A stretch of DNA of 64,000 bases. Source: an uncultured delta proteobacterium (lineage in GTDB: Bacteria > Desulfobacterota > Binatia > UBA9968). The notes under the pieces are model-generated. The model searched no databases, was not told the origin of the DNA, and was given only the letters and a program-made list of their open reading frames with translations. Positions 1 to 9,772 of this stretch are shown piece after piece; position 1 is the first letter of the stretch, and every line of letters starts with the position of its first letter. Both the position numbers and the translations under genes were made by a program. Location: positions 64,001 through 128,000 of the forward strand of contig CAWDPO010000016.1 of NCBI GenBank assembly GCA_963804165.1, given 5' to 3'.

Positions 1-293
1 GCGTCGTCGTAGTCTTCCCACGCCATGTCGAAGGCTTGATGAAAGATGCCGTCTTCATCCAGAGCGTCGCGTTCGATTGGCTTGGGCCGTTCGAACAGCA
101 CCACGTCGTCGTTGCCGCAGCGGAAACGGTCGAGCTTTTGCACCACGCCGTGAATTGGAAACGAATCCGGGTTATTCGGATTGCCGCCGACCCGGCCGAG
201 ATATTCCATGCCCAGAACTTGCGTGTAAAAATCTTTCGCCCGATCCAAATTATCCACCGGGATCCCCATGTGATAGACCTTTTGCAGTTTCAT
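1..293 (-). CDS. VOC/glyoxalase family protein (runs off the window's left edge)
   Basis: Manual translation MKLQKVYHMGIPVDNLDRAKDFYTQVLGMEYLGR...IFHQAFD; H-x-G-I-x-V-x-x-L-x-x-A-x-x-FY-x-x-VLG VOC motif; AGGAGG RBS at about 302-308. Not in the ORF track. Confidence 0.85.
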   Translation of the reverse strand, partial: MKLQKVYHMGIPVDNLDRAKDFYTQVLGMEYLGRVGGNPNNPDSFPIHGVVQKLDRFRCGNDDVVLFERPKPIERDALDEDGIFHQAFDMAWEDYDD

Positions 294-328
294 AATCACA
301 TTCCTCCTCTGTCTCGATTGCGGGCGTG

Positions 329-357
329 ATTTTCTGCCTAAGTGGAATTAGTGTCAA
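329..357 (-). promoter_or_regulatory. Putative sigma70 promoter of the VOC gene
   Basis: TTGACA-17 bp-GAAAAT on the minus strand upstream of the RBS; the -10 is weak. Confidence 0.4.
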
Positions 358-363
358 GCGGAT

Positions 364-402
364 AGAACCGAGCGGTTATCCGTACGGTTCTCTTTGCTTT
401 TT
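364..402 (+). terminator. Hairpin followed by a T-rich tract
   Basis: AGAACCG...CGGTTCT stem with inner CGG/CCG pair, then CTTTGCTTTTT. Confidence 0.4.
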
Positions 403-515
403 ATCTTTGCCTGTGGCGGCGAGGATTTCCGAAGATCCGCAGTAGTCGAACCGGCGACCTGATGATTACAAAAAAAACCAGCTATCAGAAAACCCGCAGA
501 AAAACAGGAGTAGTA

Positions 516-609
516 GCTCGGTCCAACCTCGGTTCCTATGGTTTCGCAGAGTTCGTGTGGAAACAAGATGGAAACATTTTGTACCGAGCATTCAATTTGG
601 TCAATTGAA
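516..609 (+). ncRNA. Candidate structured RNA abutting the stop codon of the DUF3800-like gene
   Basis: GCTCGGT(516-522)/ACCGAGC(583-589) closing stem; inner ACAAGATG-GAAA-CATTTTGT hairpin with GNRA loop; GTTTC/GAAAC stem; perfect TTCAATT/AATTGAA hairpin 591-609. Confidence 0.35.
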
Positions 610-1351
610 CTAGTCGGAATAAACGGTTTCGGGTACTTTCATGAATTCCTCGACTGTGCCAGCAACGTGGGTCGAAAAATCCCTTACAAGGAACCGGCCT
701 TGCCTGCCCCGCGCTATTATCTGTTCCCATTGCCTGCACAGGATGTCTGCCAACAAAGTGCCCTGCTGGTACGGAGTGGGTTTGGTTCCTGGAGTCCTTT
801 TACTGATTTGCTCGATGGCACCGAACGTGAGACGATCCGCATTGATGTTGAAACGTTCTGGATGCTCGCTCACGGCATCGCGAGCCGTTTTCGGAATCTC
901 TCCGGATTGCGGCTTCAAATACAGCCCGGTGATCCGCTTTAAGAGATTTACTGTCGTAATAGACATCTATGCGTCCCAGGGGCATCTGGCTATGGTGAAG
1001 CCAGGCAACTCCCGTACAAATAGTAAAAGCCATCATTTGAGACCAGATATTGTCCGGTCGGCTCATTGCAGCAATGTCTCCGGTTGCGTCCATCTCACCT
1101 GACACATAGTGCGACTGCGGAACATTTGCATGAGCCACTACAGCTACTCCATGGGATTGTTCCAAAACATGCTCGAGCGTTTGCAGCTGACGCTTTGCCT
1201 TCACCTGTCCCGCTTTAGCGGTCTCATCTGAGAGGTTCAGCCAATGATGGCGTAGGAAGATGCAGCAACCGTTGACAACGGTTGTGGATGAGCCAGTAAA
1301 CTCATATCGCTCGTCAAGGAATGCGATAAGCATGTAAGGAGCAGTAGGCAC
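610..1351 (-). CDS. DUF3800-like / RNase H-fold protein, apparent frameshift near 900
   Basis: ORF 800-1351 (LIAFLDE, IDVYYD) joins ORF 610-966 (QQGTLLADILC) by a one-base shift at AAIR/EIPKTAR; N-terminal DE and C-terminal xxAD resemble the DUF3800 DE...QxxD pattern. Confidence 0.5.
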
Positions 1352-1424
1352 ATGTTGCTTTTACCATGGAAGATGGGCAAAACGAATGGCCGACTTCCTG
1401 ATTGCCAGTTATTTATCTTGAATG

Positions 1425-1570
1425 AATCGACGAGTGGCATCGGCGCATGGAAGCGTGAATTTATCGATAAACGCCAGATTGAACTCGCGAAGCAAGCCCT
1501 CGCTAAATTCTTAGAGGTGCGGGACGCCGTTGCATTCATCCGAGACCCTTTATCTATCGCCCGGTGTAGT
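1425..1570 (+). pseudogene. Fragment of a hypothetical protein gene
   Basis: Protein-like stretch GIGAWKREFIDKRQIELAKQALAKFLEVRDAVAFIRDP with no credible start and an abrupt end. Confidence 0.3.
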
Positions 1571-1602
1571 TAGCGCCGCTTAGGTGCCTCGAACTGACGC
1601 GC

Positions 1603-2634
1603 ATGTTATCTATCACCGCCGGGTTGTATAATCTCTTCGTCGTCGTCTGGTTTTGCTGCTATCTGCAGTGGCGGGATTCAGTCTGGTGGTTGGCTCTCCT
1701 CAATGCGTTTGCCCCTCTGTTCTTTGCACCTATCTTGATTTATTTGCCACTTGGTATCCTCGCGCCATCCATTGCGGCGTGGACGGGGGTCGTCATACCG
1801 GCACTAATTTTTCTCTATTTCTACGGTTCTCAGTTTTTGTTCAAACCATCCCGGCCCACCGAGACCGCTAGCGACCCGGTCACGATTATGACGTTTAACG
1901 TTTGGTGGCATAGTCGGCCAGACCAGATAGCGCCGGTCATCACGCAGAACGGGAGCATTGATGTCGCAGCTCTCCAGGAGATGAGAGAACACATGGCGCA
2001 GTATCTGATCGACGCCTGGGGTGCTCATTACCCCTACCGTCTGTTGCAAACGGGGACGGGCACGCCTCGGCTGGGCATCTTCAGCCGCTACCCACTCATT
2101 CCAGTTGCAACCGATCATTTAGCGGCGTTCGATTTTCGCATTCAGGCGGCGCGCGTGATCGCGCCGGCGGGGGAATTTTTGCTTTATAATGTCCACCCGC
2201 GCGCTCCAAATTTTTGGGAATGTTTTCATGAGCACAAATCCTTTGCCCGCGAAACAGCGCGCTCGATCCAGTTTCGTTTGCGATACATCGAAGCCCTGCT
2301 CGCAGATATTGACAGCCAAGATCAGCCCGTCGTGGTAGTGGGCGACTTTAACTGCACCCCGCAAAGCGCCTTTTATGCCCGATTGGCATCGAGGTTGGTC
2401 GACGGGCACCGCTCCGCTGGACGGGGGTTTGGACATACATTTCCCGTCCACATCAAAGCTATAGCCGGTCTGCCGGTGCCGTTCTCATTCATGCGCTTGG
2501 ACATGCTCTTCCATTCGACAGAGCTCGTAACACTCCACAGCCGCGTCGGAAAACGGCACGGTGATTCAGACCATTCACCCGTCATCACGACCTTGACATG
2601 GCGAACACCACAGGCAGAGACACAGGGCAGTTGA
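1603..2634 (+). CDS. Membrane-anchored endonuclease/exonuclease/phosphatase (EEP) family protein
   Basis: Three N-terminal TM segments; TFNV, ALQE, VVGDFN, RLD and SDHSP catalytic motifs. Confidence 0.9.
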   Translation: MLSITAGLYNLFVVVWFCCYLQWRDSVWWLALLNAFAPLFFAPILIYLPLGILAPSIAAWTGVVIPALIFLYFYGSQFLFKPSRPTETASDPVTIMTFNVWWHSRPDQIAPVITQNGSIDVAALQEMREHMAQYLIDAWGAHYPYRLLQTGTGTPRLGIFSRYPLIPVATDHLAAFDFRIQAARVIAPAGEFLLYNVHPRAPNFWECFHEHKSFARETARSIQFRLRYIEALLADIDSQDQPVVVVGDFNCTPQSAFYARLASRLVDGHRSAGRGFGHTFPVHIKAIAGLPVPFSFMRLDMLFHSTELVTLHSRVGKRHGDSDHSPVITTLTWRTPQAETQGS

Positions 2635-2916
2635 CTTGAGAACGGCATATTTAAAAACGGCCTCGGACGATTGGTTTGTGCATTTCAACCCGAATTCCGC
2701 AGTAGAAAAATCACGGTGAGGAGTCGAAAAGGGTCAAGTCCGCTGTTAGCTAAAAACGACGATGGCAGAAAGCAAACAGCAGACTTTGATCATTTAGACT
2801 ATCTTGCCTGTGTAGACCGACGGGATCGGCGGCGTCGGTTTTCACCTTGCCAGCAGCCTTTACCGATATTAGTATCCGCACGACAGAGCTCAATATTTCC
2901 GCAGTAGGATGGATGC

Positions 2917-3941
2917 ATGATCAAAACAAAACGCCTGCGCATGATCGTAGGCGTACTGACTTTTCTTGTAATAGCTCCAACGCCTGCACTGTGGACAATC
3001 GTTTATGCCGCCGACACTTTCTACAACGGTGGCGCGGGCGCAACAGGAGTTCGGGAATTGCCTCTGTTCGTTGCGAAGGATTTCAAGATCTTCGACAAGT
3101 CGGCCTCGATGTGGAGTTGATTTCCACAAACGGAGGTTCACCTTTGGTGCAAGCCCTGGTGGGTGGCAGTATGCAATCGGCAAGTCTTGCTGCCATGGCT
3201 CCGATAAGAGCGATTCAAGCCGGCGCCAATTTGGCGATCGTCGCCGGGTTTCTGAACAAGAATATGTACTCCTTTGTCACCCGACAAAACATTCAAAAAG
3301 CCTCGGATCTCAAAGGTAAAACCATAGGAATTGCCAGCTTCGGCGCAGCCAACGAGTTTAGCGCATTAATGGCATTGAAGGCACTTGGGATTCCGCCCAA
3401 TGAAGTAAATCTCAGGGTTGCCGGAGGAAGCTTGGCTCGATTGACCGGTATCGAACACGGCGGTATTGATGCCACGGTTGTTCCGCACAGTAATAATGCA
3501 GTAGCAATCGGGAGAGGAATGCGCGTTTTTGCCGACCTCGCGAAACTCGTAAAAGAATTTCCTGACGGGACCGTCGTGATGAAACGAAATCTGTCCCAGC
3601 GTGAAAGGGCTGCGTCAAGACGATTCCTACAGGCGTTGAGTGAAGCGATCTACCGGTTGAAAACTGAGCCGGCCATGCGGGAGACCATCGTTGCAAGTAT
3701 GCAGAAGCGCATGAGAGTCAACCGCAAATATGCCGAGGAAGTTTACGAAGAATACAACGAAGTATTTTCCTATCCCCCTCGAGTAGGGCGCGAGGGACTG
3801 CAAGACGTTTTGGAAATCATGGCAAGGCAAGCGAATAAGCCTCAGGCAGAGTTCAAAATAGAGCGGTTTGTTGACGAGAGCCTTATGGATGAGCTGGCCG
3901 CCGAAGGCTTTTTCAAGAAACTGGAAGCTCGCAGCAATTAG
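2917..3941 (+). CDS. ABC transporter substrate-binding protein (NMT1/SsuA type), apparent frameshift near 3100
   Basis: Signal peptide plus LPLFVAKDFKIFDK (2917 frame) continues as GLDVELI...SDLKGKTIGI...FVDESLMDEL (2847 frame). Confidence 0.85.
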
Positions 3942-3970
3942 AATTCTCACAGCGAAAAAGGAGAGCCGTC

Positions 3971-4846
3971 ATGACCACGAGAATCAAACATATCAGCATA
4001 ATGAGCCAGACTCCGCCACGTCTTTTTAAGTTTTACGAATGTCTATTCGATTTCCGCACAACTGCACGTGATCCGGCCGCGGAGCGCGACCGCGCCAAAG
4101 CAACGGGTCATCGGATCCTGGCATCGGGACGCGTTGCCAGTGCCTTTGCTCGAACCGTCATAGCAAGCGATGGCAACATCGGTGTTGCTTTCAACCAGCG
4201 CCGCCCCGGGTATCCGGGCGGACTCGATCACTTCGGCATGATGGTCGATGACATCGGGGAAGCGCTCAAGAGAATCAAAGAAAAGTACCCGACCGTTGGC
4301 GCCGTGAAACGACCTCCGGGCCGGCCCTTCGTCGACTACAGCAGCCACGACCCCGAGGGAAACATATTTGACATTGTCGAGCCCGGAAAAAAACAAGTAG
4401 TCGGTGTGTGGACAGAGGCGGAAAACACAAGACCACGCCGCATTAAACATTTCACCATCCGCGCAATGCATCCCGCAGCCTTGGCGCAATTTTACATCGA
4501 CGTCTTTGAGTTCAAGCAGGAAGAAAAAGCGCTGGAAGATCCGAACTTTTATCTTACGGATGGTACCGTGACGATGATCCTGGCTCCCTACAAGATCGAG
4601 GACTATCTCGGCACGGAACATAAGCGACCGGGTTTTGATCACATAGGATTTGAGGTGGAAAACTTGGAAGCGTTCAAAAACGACGTTGAAGCCTTGGCCC
4701 AGACCGACCCTGAATATCTAGCTCCGAAGGCTCCGAACGTCGAGTCCGAATATCAAGTGATCATGGACCTCCTTCGGAGCTGCCGGCATGGACAACACCA
4801 AATGTGTGACCCAGAGGGAAACCTGATGGATATTTCAAACAGCTAA
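3971..4846 (+). CDS. Two-domain VOC family protein
   Basis: Repeated IKH(I/F), DH(F/I)G and DPEGN motifs; GAGAG RBS. Confidence 0.85.
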   Translation: MTTRIKHISIMSQTPPRLFKFYECLFDFRTTARDPAAERDRAKATGHRILASGRVASAFARTVIASDGNIGVAFNQRRPGYPGGLDHFGMMVDDIGEALKRIKEKYPTVGAVKRPPGRPFVDYSSHDPEGNIFDIVEPGKKQVVGVWTEAENTRPRRIKHFTIRAMHPAALAQFYIDVFEFKQEEKALEDPNFYLTDGTVTMILAPYKIEDYLGTEHKRPGFDHIGFEVENLEAFKNDVEALAQTDPEYLAPKAPNVESEYQVIMDLLRSCRHGQHQMCDPEGNLMDISNS

Positions 4847-5005
4847 GGTAAAGGTTAGTGCTTGACGGAACGAGTCGGTTTGATTGGCTTGAAGGAGAAA
4901 TTATTTCAATCCTACGCTCGAAAATGACAAAGACGAGGTTCGCCTGAAACTAGTAGAGCAACGGGTGTGGATTTGTACGTTGGAACGTGAACCGATTTGG
5001 CGGCG

Positions 5006-6307
5006 TTATTTCCCAAGCTCCTTTGTAACTCTCCACAATGCTGGCAGAGTCTGAAGCCACCAAACGATGGAGACCAAAGGGTCGTTGAAAGAACTGGCAA
5101 AATAAAAATCATAAAATTTCTTTTTCCGGTTGAAATACGTATCGTGATAAGACCGCATTAATTCTTTGACGCTTGGCGGAGAATTCAAAGGATCAATGGG
5201 CCTCCGGCCTTGGAGATTCACGCGAAACTTGTAGACGAGCAGATCGGCGAGTTTGACCCCCAGTCCCAGCAGATCCTCGACCGGATGGAGAAACATGGTT
5301 CCGGCGGGATAATCCTTTACGGCCTCCACTTCTTCTCCTCGGGCTATCTTTAGGCACATCAAGGGTTCGTTAATTCCCACCGCCACTCGATACCATAGCC
5401 CGTTTCCCAATCGGGGGTTGATTTCCATTAATTTGGGTACTCCGGTCCGGGAATCGATTTTCACTTGGACGATCATGGTGCCCCACCAGCCGATTTTCTG
5501 GCCGAGCTTTGCGGCCTGCATGGTCCAAGGATGGGAACCAAAACTCTCTAGAGCCGTCCCGATGTGTTGATGCAGTCGATGTAGATTCCGAATCCTCTTC
5601 GGGGCAAAAGCCAACTTTAGAACTCCCGCGGCATCTAGGAGTACAACGACTAAATCCTCCTGTTTACCTGGAATATACTCTTGAATCATGTGCGAGCTCT
5701 GGTTCGATCCTCTACGGCTCTTTTCCAAAAGCTCCGGCAGGTTTCTTACCATCCCGGTGCCGCGGCCTCCGGCGGTAAACCTGGGCTTGACCACCAGCGG
5801 GAAGCCCAGTTCCTCGCCGATTCTTTTTAGATCCTCCTCGCTCTCCGCTAGATAGGTCTTAGGGCAGGGGAATCCGACTTCCTGTGCCGCCTGGATCGTC
5901 CGGTACTTGTCCAGCGGCGTGAGAACCGTCTCGTAATCGGGGATGGGAATAACAATGCCTAGTCGTTCGAACTTCTCCTTGTTTTTGGAGAAAACATAGA
6001 CGTGAGGGTCGAAAGAAGGAAAGATCGTGTCGATTTTGTCTTCCTCGCAGATCCTTAACACCGCCTGAATATAATTTTCTTCCTTCTCCGTATTCTCCCT
6101 CTGGATTTTTCCCGCTCTCCAGTCAGCTGCCGGGGATGGAGTAAAGTAACGCCTATCGACTAGGCGGGAGCGGGCCGCATGGGAGAACCAGGCGGCAAGC
6201 CGGTTGTCCCCTTCCATCGTGACAACGATCTTATTGGCATGGGGCCGCAAGGCGCGGATGATGGCGTAGGCTTGAGCATTGCGCGTGTTGGTGACGAGGA
6301 GGTTCAT
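5006..6307 (-). CDS. ATP-grasp domain protein (carboxylate-amine ligase-like)
   Basis: DKY, FPLVVKP, IQEYIPG and LMEINPRL ATP-grasp motifs; GAGG RBS overlapping the 5' region is weak. Confidence 0.88.
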   Translation of the reverse strand: MNLLVTNTRNAQAYAIIRALRPHANKIVVTMEGDNRLAAWFSHAARSRLVDRRYFTPSPAADWRAGKIQRENTEKEENYIQAVLRICEEDKIDTIFPSFDPHVYVFSKNKEKFERLGIVIPIPDYETVLTPLDKYRTIQAAQEVGFPCPKTYLAESEEDLKRIGEELGFPLVVKPRFTAGGRGTGMVRNLPELLEKSRRGSNQSSHMIQEYIPGKQEDLVVVLLDAAGVLKLAFAPKRIRNLHRLHQHIGTALESFGSHPWTMQAAKLGQKIGWWGTMIVQVKIDSRTGVPKLMEINPRLGNGLWYRVAVGINEPLMCLKIARGEEVEAVKDYPAGTMFLHPVEDLLGLGVKLADLLVYKFRVNLQGRRPIDPLNSPPSVKELMRSYHDTYFNRKKKFYDFYFASSFNDPLVSIVWWLQTLPALWRVTKELGK

Positions 6308-6471
6308 GATCTATGCCCCACATTTCAGCCAAGCCTTTTTGAGCACGAACGTGAGATTCACCTTATGTTACCTTATCAGGAACACAAAAGGGCACCTGAT
6401 TTTATAGTGATTTATTTGCCTCAAGATTGAACGATCGGACAAGTTTATGTCCAATGCAAGAAGGAACGTAG

Positions 6472-6730
6472 GGAACATTTCAACCCCAACAGCGATTTAC
6501 TGCAGGGTTTGGTTCCAACTCGGTCGCAGTCCTGGATGTGGATGACGATGGTATTCGGGACATCGTGACAGCCAACAGAGCAACGAGCGATTTTTCAGTG
6601 TTGCTTGGAAATGGCTCTGGGAACTTCCAATCCCAACAGAAATTTATAGCTGGAAATGGTCCTAGAGCTATGGTCGTGGTGGATGTGAATGGAGACGGCG
6701 AGCCTGACGTTGTGACTGCCAACACTAGCC
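6472..6730 (+). pseudogene. FG-GAP/VCBS repeat protein remnant (two repeats)
   Basis: VAVLDVDDDGIRDIVTAN...SVLLGNGSGNF...VVVDVNGDGEPDVVTAN; no proper start; downstream translation is not protein-like. Confidence 0.7.
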
Positions 6731-6906
6731 AAATTCTGTATCAATTATTCTCCATCGTCCAAATGATTGAGCCTACCTCATCGCGGACAGGCCGCGCTGG
6801 GCTCGGAGGGATTTATTCAACAGATTATGGAAAAAAGTTAGAAAAAGTTAGCAAGAAAAAGTTGGGACTTTCGATTCTTATAATTGGCTTTGTTATTGCT
6901 GAAGTT

Positions 6907-7065
6907 ATGGTCTGCGGCTACGGAGCGAATACCCAGGAGAGCACTGTCACGTCAACTCGCGGGGCAACGAGCGTAAAGCGATTTTTAGAGACGACACCGA
7001 CCGGGAGGTTTTTGGATTTGGTGAATCGGTCGATAGAGCAGTTCGCCCTTCGCCTACACGCCTGT
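6907..7065 (+). mobile_element. REP-associated tyrosine transposase (RAYT, Y1_Tnp) remnant 1
   Basis: Frames give RLRSEYPGEHCHVNSRGNERKAIFRDDTDREVF / LDLVNRSIEQFALRLHA, matching the RAYT N-terminus (RPLRIEYPGALYHVTSRGN...IFRDD.DR..FL). Confidence 0.75.
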
Positions 7066-7138
7066 CAGCGCATCGGTTGGCTGGATGGAATCAGTTCTTC
7101 CAAGGTGACAGGTTTGTTTTCTAATCTGCTCATCGTAG

Positions 7139-7519
7139 TTATCTCTCAGTCCGTATAAATTCCTCGATTTTTGCTTTGATTAGCTCTAAAGAAATCGGTT
7201 TTTCTATGTAATCGACCATTCCTGCATGCAGGGCCGTTTCCCGCCATTGCCATCCGAGAAACGCGCTGCAACCGATGATGGGTATTTTTGCGCTCGCCGA
7301 ATTCTTTCTTATCGCCCGCGCTACATCGGCGCCTTTGATGTCGGGTAGGTCAATATCCAATAAAACGAGATTGGGTTTGCCGGAAATTGCTGCTTTCACT
7401 GCCTCCGAACCATTTGCGGCTTGCGAGATTTCATAGCCAGAAGAACGCAGCATCCGCGCTAAGATTTCCCTAAGATGCTGATTGTCGTCAACGATGAGGA
7501 TATTTCGCGTCATACCCAT
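7139..7519 (-). CDS. Single-domain response regulator (CheY/DivK-like)
   Basis: ILIVDDN, LVLLDIDLP, IIGCSA, YIEKP; probable start MGMTRN rather than the 7687 ORF start. Confidence 0.88.
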   Translation of the reverse strand: MGMTRNILIVDDNQHLREILARMLRSSGYEISQAANGSEAVKAAISGKPNLVLLDIDLPDIKGADVARAIRKNSASAKIPIIGCSAFLGWQWRETALHAGMVDYIEKPISLELIKAKIEEFIRTER

Positions 7520-7574
7520 TGATTGAAACCAAGCACTCGAAATCCTTTTCCGTATGAAGGGAATCCCTACCAAC

Positions 7575-8018
7575 TTATCTTTGGGAAACGTCGATCGACC
7601 GTTGGAAACGAGTCGTTCGTCGACGAGATGGCGAACCGAGCTGTTGCAGCTCTTTAATCGTAAAGCTTCGACTATCGCTCGGTCCACCAGGTCTCGCGGA
7701 ATTTACAAGAACCAAATGAGGCGTCCAGGAAATGTGAAATGCACGTGCTTCGGCTCTATCAAGGTGATCGCCTAAACTACGTAGCGCATGGGAAAGTTTA
7801 TTCTTGGCTAATCCGCGAAAAAAATAATGACGATGTCTCTGCTTTTTTGCCTGCCCTTCATGCCGCAAAATGTCGGCAGAACTGAAACGCATCAACCGAT
7901 GGGTCAACGAATTGCTGAGGACGAGATAATTGCCGCGATTATTCTCGATTTCAAAGACCGTCACTCGAGCTTTCTCAAGCGACTGTCCGATTGTTCTCAG
8001 TGACGTGGCGTGACTCAT
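7575..8018 (-). CDS. Hypothetical protein with an internal duplication
   Basis: AGGAG RBS; SLRTIGQSLE and ALRSLGDHLD repeated halves. Confidence 0.55.
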   Translation of the reverse strand: MSHATSLRTIGQSLEKARVTVFEIENNRGNYLVLSNSLTHRLMRFSSADILRHEGQAKKQRHRHYFFRGLAKNKLSHALRSLGDHLDRAEARAFHISWTPHLVLVNSARPGGPSDSRSFTIKELQQLGSPSRRRTTRFQRSIDVSQR

Positions 8019-8092
8019 TTCGGATCTCCTGTTTGACCGTCCAAATCGCGCGCTTGGCGCGGTCGGAGCGGTGAAGGTCTTTTCGATAGCAC

Positions 8093-8123
8093 ACTAAGAA
8101 ATTTTGTCTATAAGTTTCTTAGT
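8093..8123. promoter_or_regulatory. Inverted repeat, candidate operator
   Basis: ACTAAGAAA-N13-TTTCTTAGT about 75 bp upstream of the 7575-8018 gene. Confidence 0.4.
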
Positions 8124-8325
8124 TTAGTGCAAATAATTTCCAGTTTTTCACCAAACTGATGGCCTCATCTGTCACGTTTTGAACGTCACATCCAGCGTTT
8201 GCTCAGCGGTGCAAGTCAACCCCAGCGAAACGGGAAAGGAAACAGGAATAATACGCTGTTGGCGCGGTTTGTCTTGAGAAAGGAAGAATTGTCTATGGCC
8301 AAAAACCTACCGCCCGAGGAACTAA

Positions 8326-8595
8326 TCATCGAAACGTTGTCTTTGGTCGGAGCGCAATAGAAGTGCCGCAGTGCGGGCATTTAGATGTTCGATATTTGAT
8401 GAGCTCGGAGCAACGCGGACACTTAAATGCCTTTGGCGCGCGCTTCATCGCCCATGCGGCGAAAACAAAAATTGCGCCTGCCGAGACGAGCACCAGATCG
8501 ACTCCCCCGTGGTGGGCGGTCGCCGACGCGGCGAAAATCATCAAGATTCCCACTACAACGAAGGCCCACGGGACAAAAGGTGGAATCGAATGCAC
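8326..8595 (-). CDS. Small membrane protein with C-terminal zinc ribbon
   Basis: Two hydrophobic helices, then CPRC...CPHC. Confidence 0.6.
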   Translation of the reverse strand: MHSIPPFVPWAFVVVGILMIFAASATAHHGGVDLVLVSAGAIFVFAAWAMKRAPKAFKCPRCSELIKYRTSKCPHCGTSIALRPKTTFR

Positions 8596-8640
8596 AAGTT
8601 CTTCGTACTATGTTTCCGAGCGCTAAAAAAGATCCGATGT

Positions 8641-8846
8641 CGCCTTAGGATTAGAGGATCATCGGCAACGCTGGCGTTGGCAAATCACGTCCCCTCGCGG
8701 GGCAGCGAGCGTAACGCCATTCTTAGAGACGGCACCGACCAGCAGAAATTTTTGGATTTGGTGGGACGATCGGTCGAGCAGTTTAACCTTTGCCTGCACG
8801 CCTAGGTTTTCATGAAAACCATTACCATCTGATGATCGATACCGGG
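8641..8846 (+). mobile_element. RAYT (Y1_Tnp) remnant 2
   Basis: HVPSRGSERNAILRDGTDQQKFLDLVGRSVEQFNLCLHA*VFM / NHYHLMIDT; HUH motif (HYH) visible after a stop and a frameshift; DNA similar to 6945-7065. Confidence 0.8.
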
Positions 8847-8935
8847 AGCCTTGGATTAAACCGGGCACTTAGATATTTGAACGGGTCCACACGCAAGCAT
8901 TTAACCGGCACCGTGACCGAGTGGATCAACAATGA

Positions 8936-9427
8936 TTACTCGCTATAAATGCCAGCGCCTACGATGACCATTTCTCCATTAGGCATTTTCACCTGCTTGA
9001 TATAGCTCATCTTCCTGGAGGGCTTGTCTTCCCCCGGTTTAGGCCACCAATAGTCTACCCATCCCGATCCTTTAGTTTTGGCTGTCTTTATAAACTCCCG
9101 TATGAGCGCTTTTCCTTTGGCATCCTTCATATCAATTAAATTTTTCCCCTCGATTTCCGGTGAGGGGGGATTTACAAGGACAATGCCGTTGATATCATCG
9201 ACGAACACGTAGGTTTTTCCTGTATACCATTTGCTGCCCTTCTTCTTAAATTCAGGGAAGGCATCCTTTCCTTTACTTTCTACTAAGGCTGCTGCGCTAT
9301 TGACGAGAGCGACAATTTGTTTGGCCTCCTCAGATTGTGGGGGCTCTGCAGAAAAACTTGGGAAAGAAAACAAGGACACGACTCCAAAGAGAATTAAAAT
9401 ACTGTTGAGTGATATTTTCCGTTTCAT
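8936..9427 (-). CDS. Secreted single Cache domain protein (sCache_2-like)
   Basis: Signal peptide; YVFVDD.NG, GKNLIDMKDAKGK, GSGWVDYWWPKPGE...KMSY, GAGIY. Confidence 0.88.
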   Translation of the reverse strand: MKRKISLNSILILFGVVSLFSFPSFSAEPPQSEEAKQIVALVNSAAALVESKGKDAFPEFKKKGSKWYTGKTYVFVDDINGIVLVNPPSPEIEGKNLIDMKDAKGKALIREFIKTAKTKGSGWVDYWWPKPGEDKPSRKMSYIKQVKMPNGEMVIVGAGIYSE

Positions 9428-9772
9428 TAAAAACCGCCTTTAAATTTTAGTAAGGTTGCTGACTGTTTACCATTAGTCTCTGCTACCATAACCTCGTTTC
9501 GTAAAGAGCCTAACGATGCCGTCTTATCCCTCAAAGCTTAGAAGTAATCAAGTCGCGGCGACATCGGCGCTGTTTTCAAATCGATCACAAGCTCAAATTC
9601 GAGAGCCTCGGTGGAAGGTCAGCAGTAGTCGCTAAGTTCCCAGCCGCTTTGTTGCGCGTAGAATTAGTAGTAAATACTGAGACCACGAAAGCAAGGAAAC
9701 TACAGTCGAGGCAAGGTGAGAGTCTCATCTACATTTACATTATGGTTGATGTCTACAGTCATGCTGCCCAAA

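Noticed and set aside
442-495. Hammerhead-ribozyme-like core: GTA, GTCG/CGAC stem, CTGATGA, later GAAA
   Set aside because: No stem II can form and the bases after GAAA do not pair to give stem III.
538-1102. Plus-strand ORFs 538-942 and 641-1102
   Set aside because: Antisense shadows of the DUF3800-like gene with no motifs.
6538-7158. 206 aa ORF as a real gene
   Set aside because: Chance read-through joining an FG-GAP scrap, spacer DNA and part of a RAYT remnant.
9480-9770. Possible Moco/Wco riboswitch upstream of the moeA duplicate
   Set aside because: Only scattered short matches and one weak stem; the consensus architecture is not seen. cmscan would settle it.
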